DNA of 64,000 bases, from assembly GCF_004010195.1 (NCBI RefSeq), contig NC_057711.1, forward strand, positions 72,265,191 through 72,329,190, read 5' to 3'. The translations under genes and the position numbers were made by a program. This DNA comes from Chiloscyllium plagiosum (taxonomy: Eukaryota). Position 1 is the stretch's first letter, and every line of letters starts with the position of its first letter. A model generated the notes under the pieces. That model saw nothing but the letters and a program-made list of their open reading frames with translations. It did no database searches and was not told the DNA's origin. Shown one piece after another: positions 25,541 to 39,880 of this stretch.

Positions 25541-25659
25541 AAGTAACAAAGTTAAAAAAATTAGTTGTAAAGTTGATAAACATATAAAAATAAATAAGAT
25601 AATTAAGTATATAATTGCTTAGTAGTACAAAACTTAAACACTGTTAAAATGAGTCAAAA

Positions 25660-25930
25660 AATTGAAACTTTTCATCTTACACACATCAGAACTCATCAGA
25701 CAAATTGAAACGGTGAAGTTAGTTCTCTCATATTGTTGTGGTGTGGTTAACATACAAGCGGTTTTCTCCACTAACAGAATCTTGCAGTCAAACCTAAAAT
25801 ATGTTCTGCCTATTTCAGAAATGAGTAATGTGACATATGAGTTTCAGTGCTGGTGTGATGCCAGGTATATAGATCATTTGTCCCAATGACTGGCAGACTG
25901 TATCAACAATATGTCCTGCTGACCATTTGG
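25660..25930 (+). mobile_element. Penelope GIY-YIG endonuclease relic
   Basis: KYVLPISEMSNVTYEFQCWCDARYI..SQ*LADCI matches the PLE pattern SNVVYxFxCxCxxxYVGxTxxxLxxRI. Confidence 0.7.
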
Positions 25931-27814
25931 AGTGGGCAGTATGCTGATCATGTGAAACTGTGTCAAGACTTTGCAATATATGATGATCACATTGAACAAT
26001 GAGAAGATGTTAGGCAACAATGGGGATTGCATAAACAGTAGTACTCCTTTTGACAATTTTCAGAGATAGGATGATGTTAAGGATGAGTAAGCTTTGTAAG
26101 TTGGTTCTTAAGTAGCAATATATTTATCAATGTACAAGTATTTGCAAAGCATGGCTGGAGTTTATAAACACTGCTGATACAGGGAATCCCAGGAGGTTCT
26201 GGCAGTGGTGAATGCTTCCAGCACTGGTGAGACGACAGATAGGACGAGTGGCAAACCACAGAGGCATATAGATAATGAGGTGAGCTATGGAAAATAACAT
26301 GAGAAATCTTGCTCCGCTTTTGGCTGGAAAAGTGCCAAAATGGACACTTCTCCAATTGCTGGTGAAATTCACACCCAGTGTCCTAGAAACTTGACTTGTA
26401 CTTGCGTACATACGATAACAAAGCTTTACAAATTTTCAGACTACAGCTATCACCAGTTTGCAGTGTGTGGAATTTTGTAATGTATTTCGTAGGAGTGATT
26501 GTATTTCTTGCGTTGAGTACTACCATATGGTGCTTATTGCTACAGTGAATGACTGTGCCAAAATACTCGAGGAAACAAGAGATGCACAGTTGTGGTTATA
26601 CAGAACCTCAGATCTTTCCTCTTCTTTTCCTTCCGATTCCCAAAGGAATTCTCCATCTGCTTCACTCTGCTGTGAAAGAAAAGAAATAACAAATTTCAGC
26701 TGTACCCATCATTTCCTATGAACTACTATATATCTAATAACAATGTGAAACCCTGAGTATTCTTTTGTGAATTAAGGCTCTTCACTGTGTGATTCATTCT
26801 TCCAAAAGAACACAGCTGGCAGCATTCAGGCAGTGATGTATCTGATTTCAGGTTTCACATAAAAAGGCAACAAATCTGAACCACACTGAAGTGCTGAGTG
26901 ACTCCAAACATTGGAAGTTGATATAATCTGAAACTAAGAGGATTCTTTTTTATATTTTGCAAGCCAAACATCTCAGTGTTTTCTTTTCCACTGCCTGACG
27001 TTGTTCAGCCAGCAGAAGAGATCCATCTCAATCAGTCAGTGAAGTATATTAAATCAGCACCAGTTCGGACAAGGACAAAACTTTAGCAAGGTGGGTATCG
27101 GAGGTTAATAAATTAATGTTACATATAGGATTTCTGAGGAAGGATGTTTGACTCGGTTCTGAGACCTTGGCTTATACCACCCCCCTCTATCAATCCCTCC
27201 CCCTGTTTTTATTCTTGCACCAACTTGCAACTTGTGCAATTTAGTGAAAAACCTGTAGCTATTATATTTAAATAATGTGTTTTTTATATTATTTGCAATT
27301 TGGTTTTAGAAAACTCTGTGGTGTTAATTGTTGGGAGGCAGCTGGCCGGAGAAGACTCTTAGCCTTGTTCTTATATTTTTAAATGTCTTTCCTTTCTGTA
27401 TTGAGTTGTACTAGTTAGCCAGAAAGAGATCCATAGAGATATCGCCTAATACATTACACCCTTAACTTTAAATGACAATGCCAAGTTGGAGCACTGATCT
27501 TCCATTTTTGCAGATATGAAAGCTGTACTTAAAATTAAATCAGTCAGCATTCAACTTTTAACAAGAACAGCAGGATACACATAAAGAGACAACATTTCCT
27601 ATTTGAGCCCATACAGCCAAGGGTGAAAATTCCATAGCATTAGATTTTGTCTTACACACGTCTACATTAGAATTTACGGTGCTTCTCTTTATATTTGGTC
27701 ATGTGAGGTGACAATAGTAATTTAAGGATCAGCTGAAATCACTTTGTCTGGCTTGAAGTGATCACCTGCTTACCTGTGAACTTGACTTTATTGAGGAAGC
27801 TATCCAAACTATCC

Positions 27815-28125
27815 AACTGGTAGGACGGACTAGGACCTGATGGGGCAAAGCCTTACAGTAAAGGGAAGACTTTTTAGAATGGGGATAAGGAGAAAGTTCT
27901 TCAGCCAGAAAGTATTGAAGCTATGGAACTCAGTGTCACAGAAGGGTTTGGAGGCCAAGTCATGGAGTATATTTAAGATTAAGATAGCTGGGTTCTTGAT
28001 TATCAAGATTACAGGGAGAAAGCGGGAGAATGGGGTTGAGAAATTTATTGGCCATGATTGAATGGTGGAGTAGACTTAACGGGCTGACTGGCCTAATTTA
28101 TGCTCCTATGTCTTACGGTCTTAAG
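27815..28125 (+). mobile_element. CR1 LINE 3' fragment
   Basis: RRKFFSQKVLKLWNSVSQK motif and a gctcctatgtcttacggtctta tail. Confidence 0.8.
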
Positions 28126-28169
28126 GTCAAATATTTAACGAATACTTGTGCATGTTATGCTGTTCAGCA

Positions 28170-28752
28170 AGTCTTTCGGTCGACTCCAAGCCAGGACCCT
28201 GTCGGTTCATTCGGAGCCAGGACCTGTTGGGCAAAGTCCAGCGTCAGAGGAGGTGTAGGACCAGAGCAGTGTGACCGACTCCAGCTCGGAGGAGGCGGAC
28301 ACAGAGGTGAGGGTGTCAGTGGCAGTAGAGAAGCAGCACATTGCCAGGACCCCTGGGATGATGTCAGATGGCAGCAGCTGGAGGAGCAGACAGGGTGAAG
28401 GCTACAAAGGGGGAAAGGTGAAGCTATTTCAGTTTTAGTAATATCAATTTAATATTAGTTTATTCAGTATTTTGCCAATTTTACAATTTATGAAATAATT
28501 TATTATTTAATCCAAGATAATGCCAGAATGTGGCGACATTATCCACTTTTCTCTGAAGAATTATCCACCATTCCTGAAGAAGGGCCTGTGCCTGAAACGT
28601 CGAATCTCCTGTTCCCTGGATGCTGCCTGACCTGCTGTGCTGTTCCAGCAATAAAGTTTCAACTTTGATCTCCAGCATCTGCAGACCTCACTTTCTCCAC
28701 TTTTCTCTGCACCTAGGTACAAGTGACAATATTAAGTGAATCTAAATCTAAA
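28170..28752 (+). mobile_element. Non-coding element with a Rex1-like 3' tail, interrupted by a PLE insert
   Basis: GC-rich body; tail cttttctctgcacctaggtacaagtgacaat...(aatcta)n resembles 12948-12997; 5' boundary uncertain. Confidence 0.4.
28556..28695 (+). mobile_element. PLE family A short insertion with hammerhead core
   Basis: attc-CTGAAGA-A-GGGC-CTGT-GCCT-GAAAC-GTC-gaat (4-bp helix I); perfect 14-bp TSD tccacttttctctg (28542-28555 / 28696-28709). Confidence 0.88.
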
Positions 28753-31657
28753 GAATTTAAAGTCTGCCATCCTAACAAATTCAAATATATCTTCAATATG
28801 ATTGAAAATAACAACAAACCTGTAAACTAATTTGGCTGTTGATCTATCTGTGTTTTGAATGATAGTTTAATTCATGTAACAAAAAAAGCATTGTCCTGTT
28901 TTGATAGCTTCCAACAGACTAGTTTAATCCACACTTTGCTCATTAATGTAATGGACAAAAAGATTTACACACAGTTAAGTTTGTCACTAGCCCAATTTTT
29001 AACAACAGATATTTTTGAGACTAGGGATGAAAAAATGATCCATGTCATTGACCTTAGTCAAAGAACCTGTAATAGCATTGCCTCTTTGTCAATAGTGATG
29101 GGATTTTTACAGGAATTGCCCGGACAATTCAGGTAGGCCTACTTGGCCCACCTTATCCTAATTTTTGTCCTCAGGGATTCAAGCTAGCTGGAAAGGTTAA
29201 AAATTTGAATATGGGAAGGTTTTTCTCTCACCCTCTAGGCTGTCTCACAAATATCATTCGAAGGAGCAAGTGGTATGTCCACTCCTGAAGCCAATTGGCA
29301 AATCTATGGAAAGGCAGGGACCTAATGAACATCTTGGGCCAATGTTTTATATGTGACAGATCATTGTGAATGCAGTTTTCTCTTATCACAGACTGCTTGC
29401 TATTAGGCATCTCACTGTTGTTAATAAGGGAATCGCAGTGTGGAATATTGATGCCAGCGGCACCAGCATGAATATGTGTCATTATCTGCAGCCAGCAAAC
29501 AGTATTAAGATGGCTGTAAGAGATAATGTCTTGTTCATCCTTCTGCAAAACAGAATGGCTTGTTTCTGCATGGTAGCTCTTCAGCTTATGTTGGAAACTT
29601 GATCAAATTTGCTCAAGTGTAGCAGCTTAAAGTTTAATTTGCAATATATCCTGCGACACAAATTAGAAGCCTGTGGTTTTCTGTAAGTGACTCAGCTACT
29701 TGATATATTGACTTGTGCTTTTTTTATATGTCAAGTGTTATTTAAGCAAAAGGTGTTGACAGGACTGGAATGATGTAAATACAAATTTGTGTTCTAAATC
29801 CAAATTGGTGACATAACTTCTGAATTTTACAGCATTTTCCACTTCGTTATTTTCAGTTTCTGGCATCTGCAGTATTTTACTTTATCATTTGTGGTTGCAG
29901 CACCATTCTAGAGAGGTTTCTAGACGGCAATAACCTAACATTCCTGAACATTTAACTAAAGATTAGGTTCATTGATTTCTCGGAATTGTGGAATATGGAG
30001 GCTTTCTTGAGAGTAGCAAGACCACTGACTCCTTCCAACCAAGCTCATAATAAAATATGTAAGTATTCTATGGCTGAATACTATTAACTAGTTTGGTTAT
30101 TATTATGGCAAGGGCAATTATGTTTGAAAGCTACAAAATATAATGCTTGAAATCCTCAATACTCCAAAAAGGAGGAAAAGGATTTAAAAATTAGTATAAT
30201 TTTGGAACAAATTTTATTCTTATCAAAGTAATTAACACTTGAAAATATATTTGCCTCCTTTCTGGGCATATTATCACCATCAGGTAATCCCAGGAGACAT
30301 GTCTATAAATACAGGTCAAAGAGTTTGGCAAAACCTCACTTCCTGAAAGATCTTCAGAACTAACAGAGAGAGACTTTCATCTCAACAACCTCAGCTGGAA
30401 TCAAGCCCAAATCCCAGTGGTGAAATGCTACTACATTACTCACCTTCCCTGAAAAAGGTTTTCAACCTTCAATTATAAAAAAGGATTAAGCAGTATTAAT
30501 CCTCTCTATTCATCTGTCTACCTATCAATGCTAAAACAATAGACATGGAATAAACAATAACTTGCATTTAAAGTGCCTTTAATGTAGTGAAATGACCCAA
30601 GAGGCTTAAAGGAACATAATTAAAGAAAAATTGGCAATGAGCCACCTAAATGGTACGAGGGGCAGGTAGCCAAAATCTTAGTCAAAGAGATGCATTTTAA
30701 AGAGTGCATTAAAGGAGCAGAGAGAAATGGCTTCGCCAGATTTTGCTACATTTATTAATGCAATCTTTTAAATTTAAATTCACTTTTTCTAACAAAACTT
30801 TTGGTTTGCCTGAAGGTGGTTAACAGTTTAAAAGGACCAATTTCAAATCAAAAAGAATAATTTCATAAATCTAAAACTAAACTAAATAGAAAGACTTTTT
30901 TGAAGGACACTGCTTTGTAAGGTGTTCTCGATGTTTGCCTGGAAACTCATCAAGCTCTCACATTTTTCAGTGGTCACAGTATAAAATTATATAATCCAAA
31001 TCATAAATGGGCAATCAGAATGTGAGGAAGCCAAAGTGGCAACTTTCATAATCAGTGATGTTATCCTGCTCTATTTACTGTTTTACTCCCTCAACTTCAA
31101 CGTCAATGATGTTGTAATTCCTCTCTGCCAATGATATAGTCCATTCTATCTTTAAACAATGTAACCCTGAATTTCCAAAGCTGTAATCCCGATTGCATAC
31201 TCCTCTCCCTCATATTCACACCCAGGGGCCTATCCTGGGCAGTTAAATGAAAAGATGTTTTATTAGCATTGGCCAGGAGAGTGTATGTGCCACTTTAGGC
31301 ATACCTTTGGAGCTTATCTGATACAAACAGCCTCTATTTTTACTCCCATTTCCCATCCAACCCTGATAATTGGGGTTTCAGAACAAATGGATGACATAAA
31401 TGCGCCCAGTAAGAACCTTGCTGAAGGCTGGATTGTCTCCATTTATTCAGCATATTGTCTGTCATGACTAAGCTGGATATTACTGGGTCTTGAGGGTTGG
31501 GAACACCCGGGTAATGAAGTCAATGTCCCTGGTGGCCTCTAATAGGGGGTGAACAGAGATTCCGTCACTTAGAATACATTAAGGCAACACCAACAGGTGC
31601 AGGAAACCTGTCATAAATTAATGTCCAGTATTTCTCTGGGAATCTTGCAGTCTTCTA

Positions 31658-32239
31658 TGTGACAATGCTGTCACTTTTAAAAAGGTTATTTTGTCCTTGA
31701 TTTTTTTGAAGAGAGGTCCTAAAGGCAGAGGTGCCGAAGAATCTAGTTTAACAATGGAAGAAGAGTAGCCTATTTCTCCCAGTTCAGGTTTCTTCTAGTT
31801 GGCTTATAGCTGTAGCAGTTACAAGATGTACGAGTCCAGAGGAGTTGCAAGCTTCAGTAAAGAATTCCTTTGACTTTCTTCTGAAATCTCTCTCTGGACA
31901 TTGTTCCCTCCTGCCTGTAAGAATCTGTTTGAATTTACCTTTTTGCCAAGGGGTGTGTTTATGGGGGTATTATTATATTGGAACAGTTAATTGATAATAG
32001 TTACTATATTGGGTCAGTTAAGTTATCCAATAGTTAAGTAATGCTAAATTCTGCTTTCTTTTGTTTGTGTTTTAACTGTAATGTTTATATAAATCCTGTT
32101 TTGCTTAAAGCTAAGTGGTTTGACAAGTTGCATACCCCCCTGGAACATCCACTTCACATCTGCCTTTAAAATAAGGAAAGGTTATGGTCTAAGCTACCTT
32201 CTTAAAGTATTTTGAGGAGGTCTGGCCTGTTCTGTAACA
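31658..32239 (+). mobile_element. Probable solo LTR (Gypsy-like), 582 bp
   Basis: TGTGACA...TGTAACA termini, 4-bp TSD tcta/ccta, no coding capacity; strand is a guess. Confidence 0.6.
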
Positions 32240-33489
32240 CCTACCAGAACTACACTGGGTTCACAATGGAGCTCTTGAGAAATTTCAGGGTTTGCCACTG
32301 TTACTATATCATGGCACCTACAATTTTTAGGACCACTCCGGTTCCGATGAAATTTTCTGGCTGTCAAGAATTTGAGATGAATAATGAAACTGAAGAGCAT
32401 TAATGCCATGCAACAGTCCCATTGCTTTTTGAGGAGCTATGGGGCAAGCTTCACATGAGAAGCAGAGCAAAATAAATTTACCAACATTTCCTGTGGGGAA
32501 ACGATGTCATGACAACAAAATACTTTGACCAAAAGAATAGGAAACAGTAAGAAAAGATCACAATAGTTAACTGTGAATAATGCATTGAAAGGAATTGCTT
32601 CACCATGGGGGTTAAGCTGCACTGTAAGCTTTGAGATATGATGTGTTTCGCTTTTTGACTGCCATTATCGACAAATTGACCTAAAGTCCTAGCATTACGT
32701 GACAACAGCCAGCAATGTTCAAGATCTGATTTAAAGCAATTTTGATTCTTTTTCTTCTGACTCACAGAATAATACTCAGTTATAATCAATGCATTCAATG
32801 TATTTTACAAAGAGTGTTCTGATGTTTGGACAAGGAATTCTGTGTTTGCTCAGGAAAATAGAGAAATGGTTGTCTTGACAGTTTAACTCACAAAAAAAGT
32901 GCTGTTTTGTAAAACAGATGTTGAGATCTGTCACTTGGCTCATTTGGTACTCTGCTAAACATAACTTAGAAAGTTGTGCTGCAGCCTCATTGACATTTGA
33001 CTACAGAAAGTGTTTAAGTGTTGCTGGTAAATTTTGCTCAGCAATACTGTGAGCATGAACAGTTAGACAGCTTTAGCTGACGGCCATGGGGCGGCTTTGC
33101 ATTGAAAACAGACTACAGTATATTTTCATTGTCTTCGTCAGTATGGGTTACCTGCATCTTTTTTGTAAAGCTAAGATAGGTTTCCAGTTATGCTAGACAA
33201 ATATTATTGCTGACAACATATTGCATTGATGCCAGACCAAGCATTTAACAAAAAGTAAACAAAAGCTTGCTTCTGCCTGCTTCCTGACAAGACATGACAA
33301 TTTATTGTGCTTAACCTCTCCAAATTTTGATTATATACCAAAAACACACTAAATATAGATAAATATATATTAGTATGTAAACATTTTAAACTTACCCCCA
33401 GTTTCACATAGGGTTCCGGTACTAACACTCCCAACTTGAATTTATAAAAACAATTCAAGAAATACTCAAAAGTTTGAGCCATAATCTAA

Positions 33490-33800
33490 TCTGACGCTGT
33501 ACTACAGTATTGATAGAGTGATGCCTTGTGAAAGTGCTGTCTTTCTGCTGGGAGGTTATATCAAGGCCCCAAGTTGCCAACTTAAGTTGATATTAAAAAA
33601 ATCCCACAGTGCACTTCTGAGGAACATAGAAGAATTCTCCTTCTCAATATCTCCAAATTAGCCCAACTTATCACTTATCTCATTTATTGATTGTGGGATA
33701 TTGCTATCTGAAAATTTAATGCTAAACATGCCTTTATAAAATCAGTCACTACACTTTAAAAGCACTTATTGGCTGCAAAGCACTTTGGTACCACGTGCAG
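33490..33800 (+). mobile_element. Old Deu-domain SINE
   Basis: gtgctgtctttctgctgggaggttatatcaaggcccc...ttgtgggatattgct...ttattggctgcaaagcactttgg. Confidence 0.5.
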
Positions 33801-34094
33801 TGATGAACAGCAATGTACATTCACAGCTGCACATTGTTACAGAGGAAGGGGTTTACGGAACTGATAATTTTTCTTTTGTGAGCCATACAATGGACCACGA
33901 GAAGCTTTGTAGGCTAATCCTACACTTACCCAATTCAGACATAAGAGTCGTTGGAGTGTTGTTGGGAGTGCCATCCCTGCCTGAAATTTCCCACTCTAAC
34001 TGAACAATCTTTGAACTATTGTTCCAACTAGAATCAGTCAACTCAGTACAGTGCACTGGCTACTCTCTTTTGAGCAATAGGTGAAGTTAATCAT

Positions 34095-34512
34095 TTTACA
34101 CTGCTATTTTGAAGAAACACCACAAGTAATATTTTCTGCTAACAGGTCGCTGCAGGCAAGCCAAAAATATGTTCTGCCTAGCCTGTATGTCAGTGGCACA
34201 TGAATTTCAGTACCAGTGCAATGTCCTCACAAATGGAGGATCACTTTAAACAACACGTTCCTTTGGTTGTTCGCTATACGCAGGGTATTGACTGTACTCA
34301 ACCAGCTTATGCTTGCAGACACAGAACATAATATCTAACTTGAGGTGCGATTCTGTGATCGGGCAACAGTTCCTGAACAATCCCAAGTATGTCAAGAATT
34401 AAGCTAACAACAAAATTAAGATTAAGAGTTGGGCTGCTATTGTGGATCACTTATGTTTACTAGAAGCTACATATATTCAACCTCAGGGAGCCATCCTCTA
34501 CAGATAGAAAAA
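34095..34512 (+). mobile_element. Penelope GIY-YIG endonuclease relic
   Basis: Decayed translation QKYVLP..HEFQYQC..KQHVP..DSVIGQQFLNNP..HLCLLEATYI; similar to 25660-25930. Confidence 0.65.
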
Positions 34513-35485
34513 AAGAGCATGAGGAACAATAGTTAGCATTATTAACAACTTGTCCAATTAAATTTGAATTGGCAACCAATCAGCACCTCTTTCTCTTGCA
34601 GCATAAACCATTGCTTCCTCTGAAGTTGGATTAAGCTTTCGCTTATTTTCAGGGGATGTGGGCTTTGCTGGCCGGGCTGCACTTATTACCCATCTCTCAT
34701 TGCTCTTCAGAACATAGTGGTGAGCTGCTTTCTCAAAATTGTGCAGTCCATTTGGTGTAGGTGCAACCGTATTGCCAATAAAGAGGGGATTCTGGCACTC
34801 TGTCACAGTGGCACTGAAGGAACAGCAATATATTACTAAGTCAGGATAAAGAGTGGCTTGGAGAGGAGCTCATAGGTGGTGGCATTCCTATGGGTGCAAT
34901 TTTCCTAGCTTCTAAACACCGTGACCATTGGTGAGAAAGTTTGGAGAATCACATGAGATCAGTGCTGAAGAGCTCCTTACTGTCAAGATGAAAAGCTCTG
35001 TTTTCCAAGCAAGTGTTGAATGGCAAGATGAGATCTTATGGGTGAATGTTGAGAGTCATATTTGCAGGTACCTGCAGGTCCTCATTATTATGTCATTTTG
35101 ATTCATTGATGTGCAGTTTCCCATTCTCCCACCCACTGATTACACACTCAGTGGTGACAATTCCCTCTGACATGAGAGTCAGAGCATTATTAGTTCACTG
35201 CCCATCCCAGCTCACTGCTTGATCCTCCCTACATCAACCTCTCAGGGCACATTCCATGGACAGTGATGGCATGCACCCCCCCTTCCTGTACAGCAGGACC
35301 TTCAGGCCTGCATCAGTGAAGCTGAGTGTCACCTAATGTTTGTCCAGCATATCTGGGACTAATCATATTAATCGTACAACAATGTTGCAGACTGCCAGTG
35401 CTCAAATGGATGTATGAATGGGCTTTAAAAATGTTGCCAGTGCTAAAATATCCTAGGAGGTCCCATTATTGGCCAACATTCTGTC

Positions 35486-35581
35486 ATTCCTGATGAAGGA
35501 CTTTTGCCCGAAATGTCCATTTTCCTGCTCCTCGGGTGCTGCCTGACCTGCTGTGCTTTTCCAGCACCACTCTGATCTTGA
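35486..35581 (+). mobile_element. 96-bp PLE family A insertion starting exactly at the hammerhead 5' strand
   Basis: attcCTGATGAaggacttttgcccGAAATGTC; perfect 12-bp TSD caacattctgtc (35474-35485 / 35582-35593). Confidence 0.85.
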
Positions 35582-35904
35582 CAACATTCTGTCTGTGTCG
35601 TGTGGCAGAATACGATGAGCAAGGCAACACTGTGGCATTGTGTGCAGGTAATTTGGTGAGTTTGAGAAGCTGTTGCCTATAAAGAGAAACCCTCTGTGAA
35701 TGTTCCCAAATGCGACACTGAGTCAATTTCTGTAAAGATTGAACTCTGTGTATTTTCTGCCCAGTCCTTTGTGGTGATAATGGTCACGGGTTTGGTAACT
35801 GCTCTCTAAGGATCCTTAGTGAATATTCTTGCTTCTGTCTTGATGAGTGCAAGATTTAAAAGCTTCAATTGCATATCTCTTTTTTTCATGGCAAAGTCTG
35901 ATTT

Positions 35905-36950
35905 GGGCAGGCCATTTGGTTCAACTGGTATAATCTAATCTTGATACTCTACATGTCTCCTCACACTCAGATGATTCTTCCCATCTTGCCCCATCTTCCC
36001 ATCCTTCTACAGTATGCTCTCTGTGGCCTAACTAATGTTCTGGATTATTTAATTTTACCACTCTGTTTTAATATTTTTAAATCTCTTGGATAACAAGCCC
36101 AGTACTTGGATTGCATTGTTATGGCCTTATCAACATTACATTGTTACGTGTAGAGATAGTGTTGGACTGGGCAGAAGTCAAACAACTATAACTTGGTGTC
36201 ATGTAACTTCTGACTTTGTACAGATTTATGCATGTATATTCCCAATTATATTATTTGCTCTACCAACGTAATTTTTTTTTGTCAACCAAGGATAAGAAAT
36301 GTGATATGAACAAATCACACAAATTTCTTTTGTTATTTATTTTCCAGTCTGCAAGCCTGTGTGTTTTCTCCTATTTTGATGCATCTCTTCATATTACTAG
36401 TCCACTCATCCACACCATGCTTTCCTCATGCCTCACCCTCCCCACCACTGACCAGGACTTCATCTGACAGTTTATCATTACACCTGAAATTCCAGAGTCT
36501 CAATCATTTATATCCGTAAAGAACTAGGGTGGGTCCAGGATGGATCCTTGTATGCCGCCACTTTGTAATTTCTGCTACTTTGAGAATCTTAACATCTACT
36601 GTTTGTTTTCTGTCTTGTACCCATCTTTCAGTCTGGTTACCTGAACACTGACATCAAACATACTGACTATTGACATGAGTCTCATACTAGGCACTGTGTC
36701 AAAGACCCTTTGAAAATCCATGACTATTCCATCCATTGCATTGGCTGGCCCACACTTTCAGTGACTTCTTAAAATGATTTAATCATGTTAGCTAAGAATG
36801 ACCACTTTTATAATTTTAAGCTGAATATGTTTTATTGTATTCCCCATTTCCAGACATTTACATAGTTCATAATCTAATGTTTTGCCAGCACAGACATTAA
36901 ACTGTCCTGTTTATTGTTTTCTTCCTTTGCCCTTACTAGAGATGGAATTA
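35905..36950 (-). mobile_element. Old CR1/L2-type LINE RT region
   Basis: Degenerate minus-strand DFQRVFDTVP, G.QGSILGP.L and ISK.GKH motifs. Confidence 0.5.
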
Positions 36951-38744
36951 GATCTGCTCGATCTCTGACGTTGTTTCTTTTTTATTTGAACTTTTATATC
37001 TGCAAGCTCTTCCCTCTCTTTTTGAGACACCGACTCATTTTGTTAGCATCTCGTTTCTTGCTATCTTAGTTAACGCAATATCCCTGATAACTTCTACAGT
37101 TGTCACTTCCTTTTTGTTATCTTCAGGGAAGACGATTGTACCTCAATGATCAGAGTCTTTATAGAATTGACATTCACAAGAGCAACATTCAACTGTCCTG
37201 GTCTTTTCCGATGACTAAGCAAGTTGATGCAGTATGTAACTGAATCGCGCAGATGAGGAGGATTTACTATTTGTAGTTAACATGTTGAGATGAAAGTTTT
37301 ATTTTATATGTAAAATGAACCAGTGAATTTGAATATAGTATAACAAATTAACTACATTCATTCTAAAAGTGCCACAAGCAATCTGCGGAAAATCTGCACT
37401 TCAGTTTCACACTTAATAAAATCCTCCAATTCAGTACGATAACAGGACATTGTGAATCACAATGCGAATACGATACTATTGCATGCCATACAATCAGCCT
37501 GGGTCAGGGGCTGACATTGCTTGTCAAATTCAAAATCAATTGGATATCAATTGTAAATGCCCATTTTCCTCAATTTTAAAAAACCCTTTCCCCCTTACTA
37601 TTTCAAAAAGTTATTTTGCAGAAAGCTAGATCCCAGGATCCTGACAGACTTCACTACCTCATTAAATGACACTTCGTGGGTGTTCGCTTTTCAATCGCGA
37701 GCTTTTTTAGTCCCTATTTGATTCAGTCTTTATCCAATCAAATGCACTTCCCAAGCAAACACGTAGAAATTGAAAATTTGGTTGACGTTTCTCTCCTTTT
37801 CCTGGATCGTGTTTATTTTTAATCACTACCGTCGCTGTAATTAGTCCAATCAATATTCTGGTCTCTTCTGAGTCTCACAGTTAACGAGTGGATTCACACA
37901 AAAAACTATCACGGGAGCTGCTGATGTCTATTTCAAAGAACGCTTAAAAACAGGTCACAATTTGTTCGACAGTCTGTTTTATATTTGTGCAATAAGAACG
38001 TGACTCATGCTAACCTTTGAGTGATCTGGTGGGTGAAAATGTTTTCATTGCTGCCTCAGAATGGGAGAGTTTTGTGTCGTGAATTGAGAACTGGACTGAC
38101 TCTGAAAGAATTTAGACAGAATTAATTCAACATCTGACTGGTGGCAGCCACTGGAAGTAAAGGCATTCATCTCCTTTCTCTGAGTAGGAATCACACCAAG
38201 GTTTCCAGCAGTGTGGGGTTTCACAGCAGCGGACTAATGCAGCAGGGACTAATGTTGCAAGCCGTATTACTAAAAAAAAGGGCTTTCATATTTGAAGTCC
38301 CCAACTGTATCTCTCTGATTGCCAGAGGGTGTGTTTTGTTTCTTTTAAAAATCCCTGACATTTGAAGTCGACTGAAAGATTCAGAGGAAGCACTAAATGT
38401 GGGAAATTGATGTCGTGACTTCTAATTTACAGCCCATTAAAACTGACATTTTAGCATTCGCCGTGTTTTCTTTCACTGAAAGATACAATGACGAGGAGAA
38501 AAAGCTGAACTTTATCAAATGATGTTAGTGGATTGCATTCCAATTAAACAAAGCAGCCAAGGAAACATATTAATCCACACTTTTGACCTGCACTGAAATG
38601 ATTGCTGGTTAATGTTTGGAACTGCTGGTGTCGGGTCACTGAAATTATTTGTTGAAGCAGCACTTGTAGAATTGAGAAAGGAATGCAGAACTTTTAAAGT
38701 CTGACTGAAAGCTCCCCGCGGCTTAGGAAGTTTATTTAGTAGGT

Positions 38745-38870
38745 TACTAAACCTCACAGGCCAGTCAGTTGCACAGTTTGATCTCCATCCTGTTTTGGGT
38801 TAGCTGATCACATCAACGGTAATCGTAGGAGTGCTAAAACCAAGCTCCTAGGTTGAGAGGATGAAAACAG
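38745..38870 (+). mobile_element. Possible LF-SINE-like relic
   Basis: gggttagctgatc...gtaggagtgctaaaa...cctaggttgagagg resembles the LF-SINE consensus as recalled. Confidence 0.3.
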
Positions 38871-38895
38871 CTCCTCAGCACGATGCCAGTTCACT

Positions 38896-39228
38896 GCGGC
38901 ACGGTGGTTTAATGGTTAGCTCTGCAGCCTCAGAGCACCAGGGATCCAGGTTCAATTCCATCCTTGGGTGACTGCCTGTGTGGAGTTTGCACATTCTCCC
39001 TGTGTCTGGGTGGGTTTCTTCTGGGTTTCCTCCCACAGGACAAACATGTGCAGGTTGGGTGGATTGGCCACGTTAAATTGCCCATAGTGTTCAGGGATGT
39101 GCCGGTTAAGTGGATTAGCCATGGGATATGCAAGATTACAGGGATAGGTGGGATTGTCTTCAGAGGGGAAGTGTGCACTCAACGGGCTGAGTGGCCTGCT
39201 TCCATACTGTAGGGATTCTATGATTCTA
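38896..39228 (+). mobile_element. Full-length HE1-type V-SINE
   Basis: gcggcacggtgg head with A and B boxes, V-domain, gattctatgattcta tail. Confidence 0.92.
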
Positions 39229-39399
39229 AATATGTGGTACTGCAGAAAATGGTGAAATAGAATGCTGGAGAAACTCAGTGGGTCTGTAGCATCTGTGAAG
39301 AGAGAAACAAAGTTCATGTTTCAAATCTGATATGACCCTACAGTATTCACGGTATTTGCTTTCATAAAAAGATGATGGTTCGTGCCATTGTGGTCGACA

Positions 39400-39880
39400 G
39401 TGTGTTAAGAATTGTTGCCTGCCTCACAATGCCCATGCTGGGATGGCATCTGTTGCCTTTACTGCATTGGAAGGTAATGGGCTGAGAGGGTCCACGATTC
39501 ATTGGTCTTTTTAGTGACCTTCTCCCTGTTATCAATATTGACATCTGCCATGTGCGTGTCTAATTGCAGAAATATGGGTGCCTGAAAGGTTGCAATTCAC
39601 AATCAGTCATATTGACAACATCACCCATTTAACACTGATTTTGGTTTTGGATTTATCATTGAGTTAAGGTTTGTGGTGGTTCCGTTGGTGAGCATTGTGG
39701 CTTGCATTGTCAACTTGGTGCTGCAGCTTGGATTTGTCACATGAAGATAAATTGTCACATTTGGAAAAAATACACTGCCGGAAGAGGAAGAGACTGAGGA
39801 GGATTCTTGCAAAGATCTTTCCTGCTACACATAGCAGGGCATTACCAAAATTCAAGTTGTCTCCCATCTTAAACATCTTC
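39400..39880 (-). mobile_element. RTE-clade LINE RT relic
   Basis: FKMGD..FGN..LLCVAGKIFARILL. Confidence 0.55.

Noticed and set aside
37127..37231. Plus-strand 105-nt exon-like segment (also 26183-26279)
   Set aside because: Isolated, with no recognisable peptide or chain; such pseudo-exons are common by chance
38896..38965. tRNA gene (also at other SINE heads)
   Set aside because: The tRNA-like A/B boxes continue into the V-domain and a LINE tail, so these are SINE heads
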